A stretch of 64,000 nucleotides of DNA from Paraspadella gotoi. Taxonomy: Eukaryota > Animalia > Chaetognatha. Location of the stretch: assembly GCA_051294375.1 (NCBI GenBank), contig CM119265.1:7760629-7824628 (forward strand). Direction: 5' to 3'. Below the pieces are notes generated by a model that did not search any database, had not been told where the DNA came from, and was given only the letters and a program-made list of their open reading frames with translations. Below are positions 13,536 through 24,630 of this stretch, piece after piece (within the stretch, counting starts at the first letter, position 1; every line of letters begins with the position of its first letter). Both the position numbers and the translations under genes were made by a program.

Positions 13536-13809
13536 CTCATCATCATTGGTGGTTTCTTTTAACGATTGTTTTTCATGTTGCTTTCCTCTCTCATTCCCCA
13601 TTTTTCCTCGACGGCGTCACATCGACGATTTTCAGCCCGGAAATGCAATTCGGTTAATNNNNNNNNNNNNNNNNNNNNNNNNNTCTCTCTCATCATTGGT
13701 GGTTTCTTTTAACGATTGTTTTTCATGTGCTTTCCTCTCTCATTCCCCATTTTTCCTCGACGGCGAATCACATCGACGATTTCAGCCGGAAATGCAATTC
13801 GAGTTAAAT
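13524..13809. other. Direct duplication of ~130 bp flanking a 25-N gap (overlapping contig ends)
   Basis: 13524-13658 is repeated at 13684-13809 with a few indels, and exactly 25 N lie between the copies. Confidence 0.85.
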
Positions 13810-14909
13810 TTAGCGGTTTATCGATTGAAAAATCTCGGCCTTTTTTTCATTTATATTTATATTTACATGTGTATTTTGTAAATCAGTATCAGTGTCAGTA
13901 GTTTGGTTAGCCAGCGGCCTTTTATCTTGCTCTGGAGGCATCCCTGCTTCTGTCTTGTCATTATCGCTCGTGAATTGGTCCTTTTTGGTCCGATCATCGC
14001 TTTCTGGCGACCACTTGTCGCTTCCGCAATGTTGTATCATCGAATTTCGTTGTCTTTTCGGTGAAAAGACATCGTAAATGTGAGGCCCCTTTTACCTTTC
14101 CTCCCTAATTATATTTCTTGCATTAACCCCCAGATCTTTTTACCGCATTTTTTCAACTAACAGACGTAAATCATAGAATTTACAGAGAATGTGTTCCTGA
14201 AGTCCCACCAGTTACCTTAACTATGCAAATGAAACTAAACACTTACAACTCGTAACTTACTATCCGTATTGATTTTTTTACGGTTTACACCACCGTTTTT
14301 TCTCGCCCCTCCTACTACACTTTTTCGCCATTTTCTCCATGCCACAATTGCCACATTGCGTCGACCAGAATTGGCTTCTCTCGCTCGCCTAAAGGAATTC
14401 CACGAATAGCGGCAGCGACGTTTGAACGAGTTAGAGAAGAGATAGAGAGAGTGGAGAGAGAGAGAGAGAGAGAGAGAGGACAGAGAGAGATGAGAAGAGA
14501 GAGAGAGAGAAGGAGAGAGAGAGAGATTGGGGGTATGTCGTTTATCAAATACGAAAAGGAAAACGGCAAACAGAAAAATAACAACTAAACCAAAACAAAC
14601 TGTTGAAAAACGTTTTTAAGGATTATCATTTTTTTAATTCAAGTAAAGTCATGTAAATAAATAAGTTGAAAAAATCGATGATAATTGCATATGATGAAAA
14701 AAAAAAAACTTTTCAATAGTCATGCACCCAAATCTTTTCCCTTTTCTTTTTCACAAAAACCGTTCACACAGGGGAACACATCCGTCACAAATGTAGCAAT
14801 TGTTTCTTTATCGAGGATGGAGACAGAGGAGAGAGAGAGAGAGAGAGAGAGAAGAGAGAGAGAGACGAAGAGAGAGAGAGAGAGAGAGAGAAGAGAGAGA
14901 GGAGAGAGA

Positions 14910-14956
<47 letters not shown>

Positions 14957-15038
14957 CTTTGCACTGTTAAAACATTCGCTAAAACTATCAATCTGATTAA
15001 AAATGAGCGAATCGTGGAATATTTCATTTCTTTGTTTT

Positions 15039-15117
15039 TTCGTTCGTTCGTTCGTTCGTTCGTTCGTTCGTTCGTTCGTTCGTTCGTTCGTTCGTTCGTT
15101 CGTTCGTTCGTTCGTTC
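15039..15117. repeat. (TTCG)n tetranucleotide microsatellite just 3' of the SMYD stop codon
   Basis: Perfect ttcg run. Confidence 0.95.
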
Positions 15118-15171
15118 TTCTGTTCTTTCAGCCCTTCCTTCGTTCTTCCGTTCCTTCGATAGTTCGTGCAT

Positions 15172-18100
15172 TCACTCTCCGGCTCTCTTCTCCTCCGGCA
15201 AAGGAATAGCGCTTCTCAGATCCTTCAACTGCTGGAGATACTCCATCGGCCCCAGCAGTTTCTCCAGCCTGTTGATTGCGCCCATCAGCAGCACGTCGGC
15301 TTCTTCCTCGTGGCTGCGACCGATTTGCTTCTTCTTGAAGCTCGCCGGCTTGAAGGTCGAGAGTGTGGGCGATGAATCGAGAGTGTGGATAGAAGATGGG
15401 CGTGGGCGTGAGTGGAGGGCAGTTGAGGGGCGGGTGGAGAGATTGACGAAATAAAAAAGAAATCTCAAAGTCGATACGTTTACAACGAAAGGAATAAAAG
15501 GGAATGTCAAAATGTCAAAGGCGAGAGTTAGAAAAAAACAAGAAAATAAAACACGAAAGTCGATATTCTTATTCGATATTCAAAACGCAAGAAACAAAAG
15601 AAACAGAAAGACCCTTTTCCTTATCTCAAAATATTATATTTCAATTCTTAAAGATGATGAAGCCACCAAACTGAGTCGATCCTCACCCGAGTCCGGAGGA
15701 AATGCTTGGCGTTCATCTCAGCAATGTAGGCTTCAAGCAGCCGGAAGTAGGGCGAGTCCTCACCCTTCATGGTTCTCGTGGCGTCGCGGAAGAACCGCAG
15801 CATCTCCAACGCCTCGTCCACTTCCTCCAAGCGCTTTTGAGCTGTATTGAAATTAATATTTAAGAGATTCATTTTTTTATCTCAACAATTTTTCAATTTT
15901 AAGTTTTGGGTTTTGATTTGCAGTTGAATTTAACCAGATTTTTGGGCAGTAGCCTCCTAACCTCCGGCGATGCCGAGAAAGACTTGGCTGTAAAACCCGA
16001 TCAAAGGTTCGTTGCACTTCATCTCCATGATCTTCTTCAAGATCTTTCCCAACTTGCTGATCGTCCGCAGCATGGAGACTTCGAAGTCGGGAGAGTCCTT
16101 ATAGAGGCATGTGCGGAAGTTGATGGGACAGACGAAGAAGGCGGACGAGAGCATCTTCATGACCAGGTGGAACAGATGCTGATCCGAGGGGGAGATGTGA
16201 CGCAGGGGAATCTTGAGGAATTCGACCCAGTCTTTGCTTCGGTCGAGCACGAGTTGACGATCCTGAGTTTCAAGGAGCTCGTCCACCTCCTTTATTTTGG
16301 CCAGGACGGATTCGCAGGCGTTCTGAGGATGAGAGATTGAATGAAACGATCAACATCATTCCAGTTCCAACAGCAGCAGCAACAGCCACAGCATTAATCC
16401 TGACCCGATGCCTGGTCCTCTCCTCTCCAGTCGTTTGATGACCGCAAGCGGCGCCGGGCCCTTGCGCGATATTGCAGCGCTGGTGATGATCGCACTTGGG
16501 ACATCTCGCCACGAAGTGCGCCGTGTCCTTCATTGAAGTGCAGTCTCCACAATCGCAGTCGAAGTAGTATTTCTTCTTCAAGTCGGCCTTGCGCTCGTCG
16601 GCTGGGATCTGAAGGGGAAGGGGAGTTTCCGAGTGGAATAGGGGTTTAATTTAGAATATCAATGTGGCGTTTAATTGACTTCGTATTATTTATTATTTAT
16701 TAATTATACAACTTCGCTCTCATAAAACCGAACAGAATTTTTACATGGTCAAATATTAGGCGGAGGATAAAAAAGAAAATAGTTTTCTTTCCCATCCCTC
16801 ATCACCCTTATTTCTAATTTTCATCTTTTTTTCTTTTTTTTTTCTATATTTTCTCCCTTTTCTACTCGATTTCTAATTTTTATCTTGTTCTACTTCAACT
16901 CCTTTTGTTTAATTATCCTCGTACTATTTTATCTCCTCTCCATTTCTTTCAATACTAGTATTTCCCCCCGACTCTTCACTCCTCTTTCTTTCTCTTTTAT
17001 TCTTCTATCTATTTTCCTTTCCCTATTTCCTTTTTTCTTCCTTTCCCTATTTTCTTTTTTCTTTCCTTTCCCTTCTTCTCCCTCACCTGTTGCACGACGT
17101 CTCTAACGTTGTACGCGATTCGAAAGTAGGACAACCCGCTGTCCCGGATTCCGTAGGAATTCTCGGCCTTGGCGTTCTCAAGGATGTAGACGCGACACTT
17201 TTGCCCGAGAAAATAGGTGGCGGCGTTGGGGCGGCAGGAGTGGTCGAGGCGGCTGACGTCCAAGTAGAGGGCGGCACCGACCTCTTCGTCGCCTGGCAAC
17301 CGAAGCGGAATAGTGAAACCGTGATGATGGGATGAAGAGAATGTGAGAATGTGGATGCGTGAAAATTTGAGCATTGGTGTCGGTTGTACTTTGGAAAATT
17401 TTTTTTTTACTTGGTCTTTGTTCTTCTTTGTATATGATTAACATTTGAAGTCCTTTTTTTTTTTTCTATCGGCCACGCCATTTAAATTTTGAAACATTCG
17501 GAGAAATACTTCAGCCTCGAGCTAACTTTATTTTCTTTTATTATTATCTTTTGTTACTTTTTGTCATTCTGCCGTTTAAAAAAAACGGTCGACGTTTGCC
17601 TTTGGTTAATTTTCTCTTCAGATTTTTCGTATAAAAAAAAAGACGATTTCGATGATCATTATATCCTGATCCGACATCTTGATTTATAGTTTACCTTGCA
17701 TGAATTGGCATCGCCGTGATTCGCCTGAGGTTTAAATGAACTTTTTTAATGGGTAACCGCTCTTTACTGACGGCGAGGCTACCATGCAAGGATCGAAAGG
17801 GATGATATATTTCATTTCGTTTCGAGGAATTTGGGGCCGAAAACCTACTTACCAAACGAGGACAAAACCCCTATTTCTATATCGAGGGTCTTAAAAAAAA
17901 GGAGCTAATGACTGTGATGGTAAATTAATAAACTGAAAAGTTTTGACAAAAAGTTTGATTAAAAGGTTTGAATGGCGAAAAAAAGGAGTGAAAGTGAAAA
18001 GAAGTGCACTAAAAACTACTAACGGACGATATTTAGACATAAAATAACGTTAATGAAGCATTAAATTCCGAATTTGAAGCGTTTGTAACCGTTTAATATT

Positions 18101-20525
18101 TTTTTTGAAATATCGATATTTTGTTGATTTAATTATCTCAACCCATAACCATTTTTTGTTTAGTGTAAGTTCGTATTATATAATAATAAAATTTTCATTT
18201 TAATGGGCAAAAAAAAAAAACTTCCGATTTTCACCGGTAAAATTGAACCAATGAGCATTCTCTCCTCCTTGACTGCTGCTGGATAATCTCATATGAGATC
18301 GAAATGGTGATCGATCAAATGTGAATATTATGACGGCTTTGTTTCTTATAAACTTTGATTTTGTTTCTTCATGTTCTATATTTCTCAGAAACAGTCTAAG
18401 TAAAAAAGGATATCGATAGTAAACATAAAAAAACCAAAAAAATTCACAAAAAAATTAGGTACTATTTTTCTAAAGCGTCTCATTTTTAATCCTTAATCCC
18501 TGAACTTATTATAATTTTAATATTCAAGCTAGATTTTTCAAGACATTAGACATTCAAGATTTTTATAAAATCCAAAACATAATCCCTAACCCTAAATTTA
18601 TAATATTAACTCTCATTCTTAACTTTATACAGTAAAACGAAATCTTCACAAACCTTAATTCATAATTACTATCCCTAACTCTATTCCTTGGCCGAATTTT
18701 TAACCTCAACCGTTAACCTAATAAACTGAATAACTAATTTATTTTGAAATGGGGCGCTTTTGGAAAATAAGACGAAAAAATGGTTTTAAATCGTGGTTTC
18801 GCTGAAACGGTATCAAATATAAAAATTCAGAACCGGCGAAATTAATTAAAATTTGATTCAGACTTTGAGCCCTTGGAACAAAACATACTTGCTTTTAGTT
18901 GATTTGAGGAGCTGCCGCTGTCACCTAATGTGAAAAATTCAATACCCCCGTTTCATTAGTAGTAAAATTTTCTAGACATTGCATTTTTAAATGAGTAAAT
19001 TAGTTCAAATATAAGACAAAATTATTATTTATAAATAAATAGAGGTGGTTTCGGACCACCACCAAAGACAAACAACAACAAAACAAAAAAGCTATTCTAA
19101 ATTGCGACAGTACTTCGGATATACGATATATGAAAACAAGAAAACCTCATGGTCTTGAAATATAAGGTAACGCGTAACAAAACTCACTCAATTGATCGGT
19201 GGCCCCGTGATTGTTGAGGGCGAACCGTCCGTACATCTCCAACAACTTGTCCCGGTTGTACTGCAGCATCACCGTGGGATCGGGCACCCGCATGAAGTAT
19301 TCGAGGATCTCCGACACCAGGTCCACTTTTTTCATCCGCTCCTCGTCGCCCTTAATGTCTTCGGCGTGGGATTCTAGGTCCCAGAAGGTGCGCTGGGGAA
19401 ATGGCGAGGATGTTGAGAAAAATGGAAGAAAAATAAAGTGAAAAAGAAAAAAATTAAAAAACAAACAAACATGTCAATAATGAAATTTTAAAATCCCCGG
19501 GTAATCTCTATCTTATTCTTTCTTCTTTCACAATTCTTTTTCTTTCTTTCTTTCTTTCTTTCTTGGTTATTAGTTAGTTATTTGTTTGTTAGTTTGATTT
19601 TTGTTTGTTAGTTTTGATATTTTGGTTTCCTTCGTTCTTTCTTTATTTCTTTCCTTCTTTCCTTTTCCTCACCTTATAAAACTGTGAAGGCTTCCTCGAT
19701 TCTCCCATTACATCGAGATCAATCATACGCGCCATGATTCGCGTGAACTGATTCACTAATCTAGTCACGAGTTGACGATCCATGGCCAGGATTCGCGCGC
19801 ACTCGTTCTTGTGCAGCTTCCAGTCGCGACGCTGGCAATCCGTGCCGCAGTAGAACATGAATTTGCACCTGAGAGATTAAAGAGTAAAAGAAGAACAAAT
19901 TAAATCGCATAGAGAAAGATTTTATTCTAGGATCAAGACGAATCAGGACATATCATTTGTACAATGTACAATCTAATCCACTAAAATTGGTAAAATTTGT
20001 AAAATTTGTACTATATGTACAATCTAATACACTAAAATTTGCTTTCAAACTCATAATATACTTTACTGAGAAATAAAAAAATCGACATATATTATATATA
20101 TTTATATTAAAAAAAATAAAATGTATAAATAAATTTAAAATGAATCAAGTGTTGGATCCGACTCCTCGACAACAAGTCTACCTCCTCACCAATCATTTCC
20201 TCGATTCACCCAACTTACTTCGAGCACGCCTTCACCGACTTGATCTTCGACGTCTCGGGCGACTTGAAGCAAAAGTCGCACCTCTTCCCGCGATGCCTGT
20301 CCTCCAACGCGGCCAGGTAGGGCATCTCTTCGAGGAAGACCTCGCCCGCCTCGAAGGGAACGAGTTTAGGTTTCATGTCGTCATCGTATTTTCCATCTTC
20401 ATCTGATTCTGGAAGACCCGCGTCGCCTGCTCGCGGGACATGTTCTTCAAGACGTTGGCCGGGTCGTCGGATTGCGGCGCCGCGACGGGCGTCGACGTCG
20501 GGTTTGCGTTCACGTCCGTCGCCAT
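15172..20525 (-). CDS. SMYD-family SET-MYND lysine methyltransferase; ~8 exons (20525-20219, 19868-19673, 19392-19188, 17292-17087, 16608-16405, 16322-15962, 15841-15687, ~15350-15172)
   Basis: The MYND finger is split over exons 1-2 (CDFC...CSKCKFMFYCGTDCQRRDWKLHKNEC). The SET core reads GAALYLDVSRLDHSCRPNA and FRIAY, and the post-SET reads YYFDCDCGDC, followed by a helical C-terminal region. The GT-AG junctions are phase-compatible; the last acceptor is uncertain. There is one apparent 1-nt frameshift in a homopolymer at ~20389-20392. Confidence 0.9.
18463..18769. mobile_element. MITE-like element with ~23-bp imperfect terminal inverted repeats and a degenerate CCCTAA-rich interior, inside SMYD intron 3
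   Basis: The left end tatttttctaaagcgtctcattt is an imperfect reverse complement of the right end aaatggggcgcttttggaaaata. A related copy lies in opposite orientation at ~37780-38060. Confidence 0.5.
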
Positions 20526-21926
20526 GGCAACGTTGTTTAAGTTAAAAATGGTTTAGAGAACTTGTCTGTTTTTGATCTTTCTCGCGATCGCCCTTTTTCT
20601 GGGGATCGTTCTTTTTTGACTTTTTTCTTTTGTTTTTTTTTTTTCTTTGCTTTTTTTTAGAGAATGGACGCTTCCTTTGTTTTTCTTCTCGTTTTCTTGG
20701 AAATGCTTAAAGGTTGCCTTTGTTTTTTTTCTCTCTCTCTTGTCCGGTTTTGTCTTGTTTTGTTTTCGCGTTTTGGACCGCAACCGATCAACGGCTAATG
20801 GAAGGAGAAAAAATATTAAAAAAGGAAAAAGGAAAAAAACACGATGTTTCAAGCTTGAAGCAACGAGGAAAAAAAATATTTTTTTTGTACAAACTATTGG
20901 ATGCGTCGTGAGGCCTATGCTACAAAAGGAAAAGAAGCTAAGCTGAAAAATATAATTCAAATCTAAAAAGAAATACACAACAAGAAATCCTTTTCCAATG
21001 AGACAAAGAAATTTATACGGACAATTTCTGCCAAGAAACATTTACGAATGTTGTGGCTCTCTTTCTTCGATCTTCGTGCATGGCTTTATGAATTTAAAGA
21101 GATGAACCCCTAGTAGTAAAAATCGCTTGGCATTATCGTTGTTAACAGTATAAAAAAGAAAACAATGATTGTAAATGCAAAAATATCTGTATCTGTAATC
21201 GGAAACGGTTGAAATTTTTTTTAGAAATTCGCCGCATAGATTTTTTGAGTGAAAAATCCGGAACGGTTAACAAAATATATTCCCGCCGAAAAAAGAAAAA
21301 ACCAAATAACGGGGGTAAAGAATAGTTTTGTCTTTCGTGTTTGCGCTTTTTTCGTCAGTTGAGCGCCATCCTTCACAGGAGTTTCGCCCCATTAAGCTCA
21401 ATACCCCTCTGGATGGTGGGGCAGCAACAACTGATCGTAAAACAACAGACACCATCGGGGAAAAAAAAAGAAAAATATCCCCGCAAAAAAAAAAGTAAAT
21501 GCGGAACGGAAGAATAAATAACGTGGAGTTTCGTTGTTGTTTTATTTTGGGCTGTTTTTGTTTTATAGTTTTTTTAAAAAAACTTTATTCGAAACACGGC
21601 TTCAAGATTCGATTTGATAACAATCAATTGATCGTCTGGCTTCGTTGAGGTTCGTTAACAAAATGTGAGGAGGGAAAAAATCAAAAACCAAGAAAAAATT
21701 TCAAACAATAAACCACTAACTATTCTTGGGAAAAATACAAAATATATCGTGTAAATGTGTCACAATGTTTCCCGCGCAAAAAAAAAAGTGATAACACAAA
21801 ATATAATAAAATTTAGTCGGGTTCTCGTTATAAATAAAAATTAATCTAGGAAAAAAGGTAAACAAATAGTTTACTGCAGAAACGAAATCTTAAAATAAAA
21901 CTTGGGATTTTTCCTGGGATTTTTCC

Positions 21927-22068
21927 TTAGACTTCTCCGGCCTTGGGTATCATTTCGACTGGGCCCATGTCTTGTCTTTTCGGTGCCTACAGAGCAAAAA
22001 AGGTAACGATTGCTAAATAATGGTTTAACCAAAGTTTAGTATCATTATTAATATTATCATTATTATTA

Positions 22069-22158
<90 letters not shown>

Positions 22159-22770
22159 GTATCATTATTAATATTATCATTATTATTATTATTATTATTA
22201 TTATCATTAAAAAAAATACATAAGATACTATAAATAAAAATATAAAACAAGTATTTTAAAACGAACCTGATACTTGGGCTTGACTACGAAAGAACCGTCC
22301 TCGTTCCAAATGGCCTCGTCATCCATGAGGTCGTCGTACTCATCCAACGACCCGCCCATGGATCCGATGCCGAGGGTCATGGTCTCGTTCTGGTCTCCCT
22401 TGACGAGCTTCTCCATGCTGCCGAGGTCGGTCTTGACGAGCGGTTCGTCGCCGCGGCCCGGTGGCGCCGCCATCGCCGACGATTCCACGGCCACCGCCAC
22501 CATCTCTTCCACGGCCTCGTCGCGTTTGCTCCTTCCGCCGCCGCCGCCGCCGCCGCCGCTTACGGCGCCCCCGCCTTCCTCCTCGCAGGCCGCCGCCTTC
22601 CGGCGAATCCGGCACAGCTCGACGAGGATGATGATGAAGATGACGATGAGAGCCACCGCGCCGCAGAGCGGACCCCAAAAGTACTTGGCCTCGCTCCAGT
22701 GCGGGTCTTCGTCGTCGTCGTCCACGGTCGGCGCCGAGGCGGCCTCCGCCTCCTCCGCCTCAGCGCTCAT
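21927..22770 (-). CDS. Small (~187 aa) single-pass membrane protein of unknown function (exons 22770-22267 and 21986-21927)
   Basis: An acidic N-terminus with no signal peptide precedes a hydrophobic segment (FWGPLCGAVALIVIFIIILVELC) and a basic stretch RIRRK. A phase-0 intron (CAG|gttcgt ... ctgtag|GCA) containing an (ATT)n tract leads to a final exon APKRQDMGPVEMIPKAGEV*. Confidence 0.7.
22040..22208. repeat. (ATT)n trinucleotide microsatellite, intronic
   Basis: Directly visible; it includes a duplicated agtatcattattaatattatcatt subunit. Confidence 0.95.
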
Positions 22771-23063
22771 CGTGTGTCAGCACGCGCCTCTCGAGGCTTC
22801 GAGACGGCAATCTCGAGAGCGAAAACCTCTGTGGAAGCTGGGGAGGCTGGAATCAACGGGAAATTGAAATAATTCGGCCAAAATTAGGCGCGAAGAAAAA
22901 TACGCAAAAATTAACGAATCAGTTAAAAAAAAAGGTTGAAAAATGGAATAAAGTTCCTTCGTTAAGTAGATCACAGATAAGAGTTTCCAGTATTGGTCGA
23001 GTCGATAGTGTTTATGAGTATGAAAAATCTAATGTACCGCGCGAAAGTACTGGAATACAGCGA

Positions 23064-23073
23064 GCGCATGCGC
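23064..23073. promoter_or_regulatory. NRF1/Ewg-type palindrome GCGCATGCGC ~300 bp upstream of the membrane-protein start
   Basis: The sequence reads cgagcgcatgcgcaaag. This is a motif match only. Confidence 0.3.
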
Positions 23074-24630
23074 AAAGATCGAAATTCAGCCGAAGGCGAA
23101 TCTTTTTTTTTCCTTTTCGTTTGCCGGGCGGAGTTCATTTTCGTTCTTCCCAATCTTTAAAATTTTTTTTCCCCATTTATTCTTTTTTTTTTACTTTCTT
23201 TTATCATTTAGGATTTTCTTCCTTTTCTTCCCATTTTCATTTTTTTTTACTTTCTTTCCCTTTTTTTCCCTTTTTTTTTCTTTCCCTTTTTTTCCTGTTT
23301 CTTCTTTTCTTCCTCGTTTTTATTCTTTCCTTCCTTTTTTCTTTTTCTCTTTTTTGATTCTCTTTTTTTTTTGTCTTTATTTTTTCTTTCTCTCTTTCCT
23401 CCTCTCCACGTCTCCCTCTCTCTTTCCTAAAAAAAAAATTTTTTTTTCGATGCGATTTCGTCGTTGGTGCAATCCTGGTTTTATGGTTTGTTTGTCTGTT
23501 ATTTTTTGGCATTAATGTCGCTTTTTTTTTCCCCGCGCCGCCGCCTTATTCTCGCCGTCGCCGATGCTTTTTTTTTTTCGCTTTTTTCCGTCGCTTCGTC
23601 GTGAACCGTCGAATTCCTCGTCAGCTTCGCCGGGATTTCGAGAGGATGTCTGTTGCTGTCGTCGTCGTCGTCGTTGCAGTCGTCTTAATCGTCGTCGTCC
23701 TCGTCGTCGGTCATCGATCCCGAGCGGGCAATAAGTTGGCGGGATCGAATATCGAGGGAGGAGTTTGAAATGCATCCGCCCCTCTGTCTCTGTCTCTGTC
23801 TTTCTCTCTCTTTATTTATAAGTGAAACCGCTCACTTCCGCTCCTTGTAGACTTCATCCGGCGGTCGAACGGTCGAGCGGTCGAACAAAACGAGCCGTTA
23901 AGTGTCCATATCAAATCACAGTCATTTTGTTATTATTTAAAATGTCTATAATTTTATAGTTTATTAATCTGGTAGAAAAAAAAAACGTTAAAAATCGCGT
24001 TGTACCCTTAGAGTAAATCCGACAAAAGTCGAATGCTTTGAGAAAGTGGGTAGAATCTGAAGGGCGATGAAATGAGAAACATATTCTACAATGTTCATGA
24101 TGAACAATACATTTTTTTGTCGTACAACTCCATCGTTATTCGGAGGATTTCTCATATCGAGATTGTACATCGCCCTTGGCTATCCACCCGTAAAAAAAGT
24201 ATGTAAATTGAGCAACCAAAGTTGTACAGCACTCCAGCAAAAACAAAATATAAAGCAAAGCATCACGCTTGTAGAATGAAGACACACGAGTTCTTTCCAG
24301 ATAAAAAAAATTTGATTCTAAGTTTAGTTTTTTTGGGGATGATTGTAAAAAACACTAAGACTACTTTAAAAATTGAGCGTTGGGTTTCTAATAAATCTAA
24401 TTCATAAACTCTCCGTGTAAATTAACTATAATTTGATAATTCACGCGCGCAAGAACGTGTGTCGTTTCCATTATAGAAAAACAATCTCTTTCATATTTTT
24501 TCCCGGATTCATTACATATAACCAAAGCTGTATACAAAACACGGTTACAAATAAACATATATCAGCGCTACTAGACACGTTCCAGTGGGTATTATCAGAG
24601 ATTTTTGCTTCCCTTGTTTAAAAAAAAAAT

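Noticed and set aside
13524-13809. Tandem duplication of ~130 bp
   Set aside because: The copies flank exactly 25 N and differ by read-like indels, which indicates overlapping contig ends rather than biology.
13810-14077. Hydrophilic 76-aa ORF as the upstream exon of the AMPK-beta-like gene
   Set aside because: It has no convincing phase-1 donor and no CBM or myristoylation motif.
17220-17260. DHSC instead of NHSC taken as evidence of a dead SET domain
   Set aside because: To my recollection this variant occurs in other invertebrate SMYD3-class proteins, and the other catalytic elements are retained.
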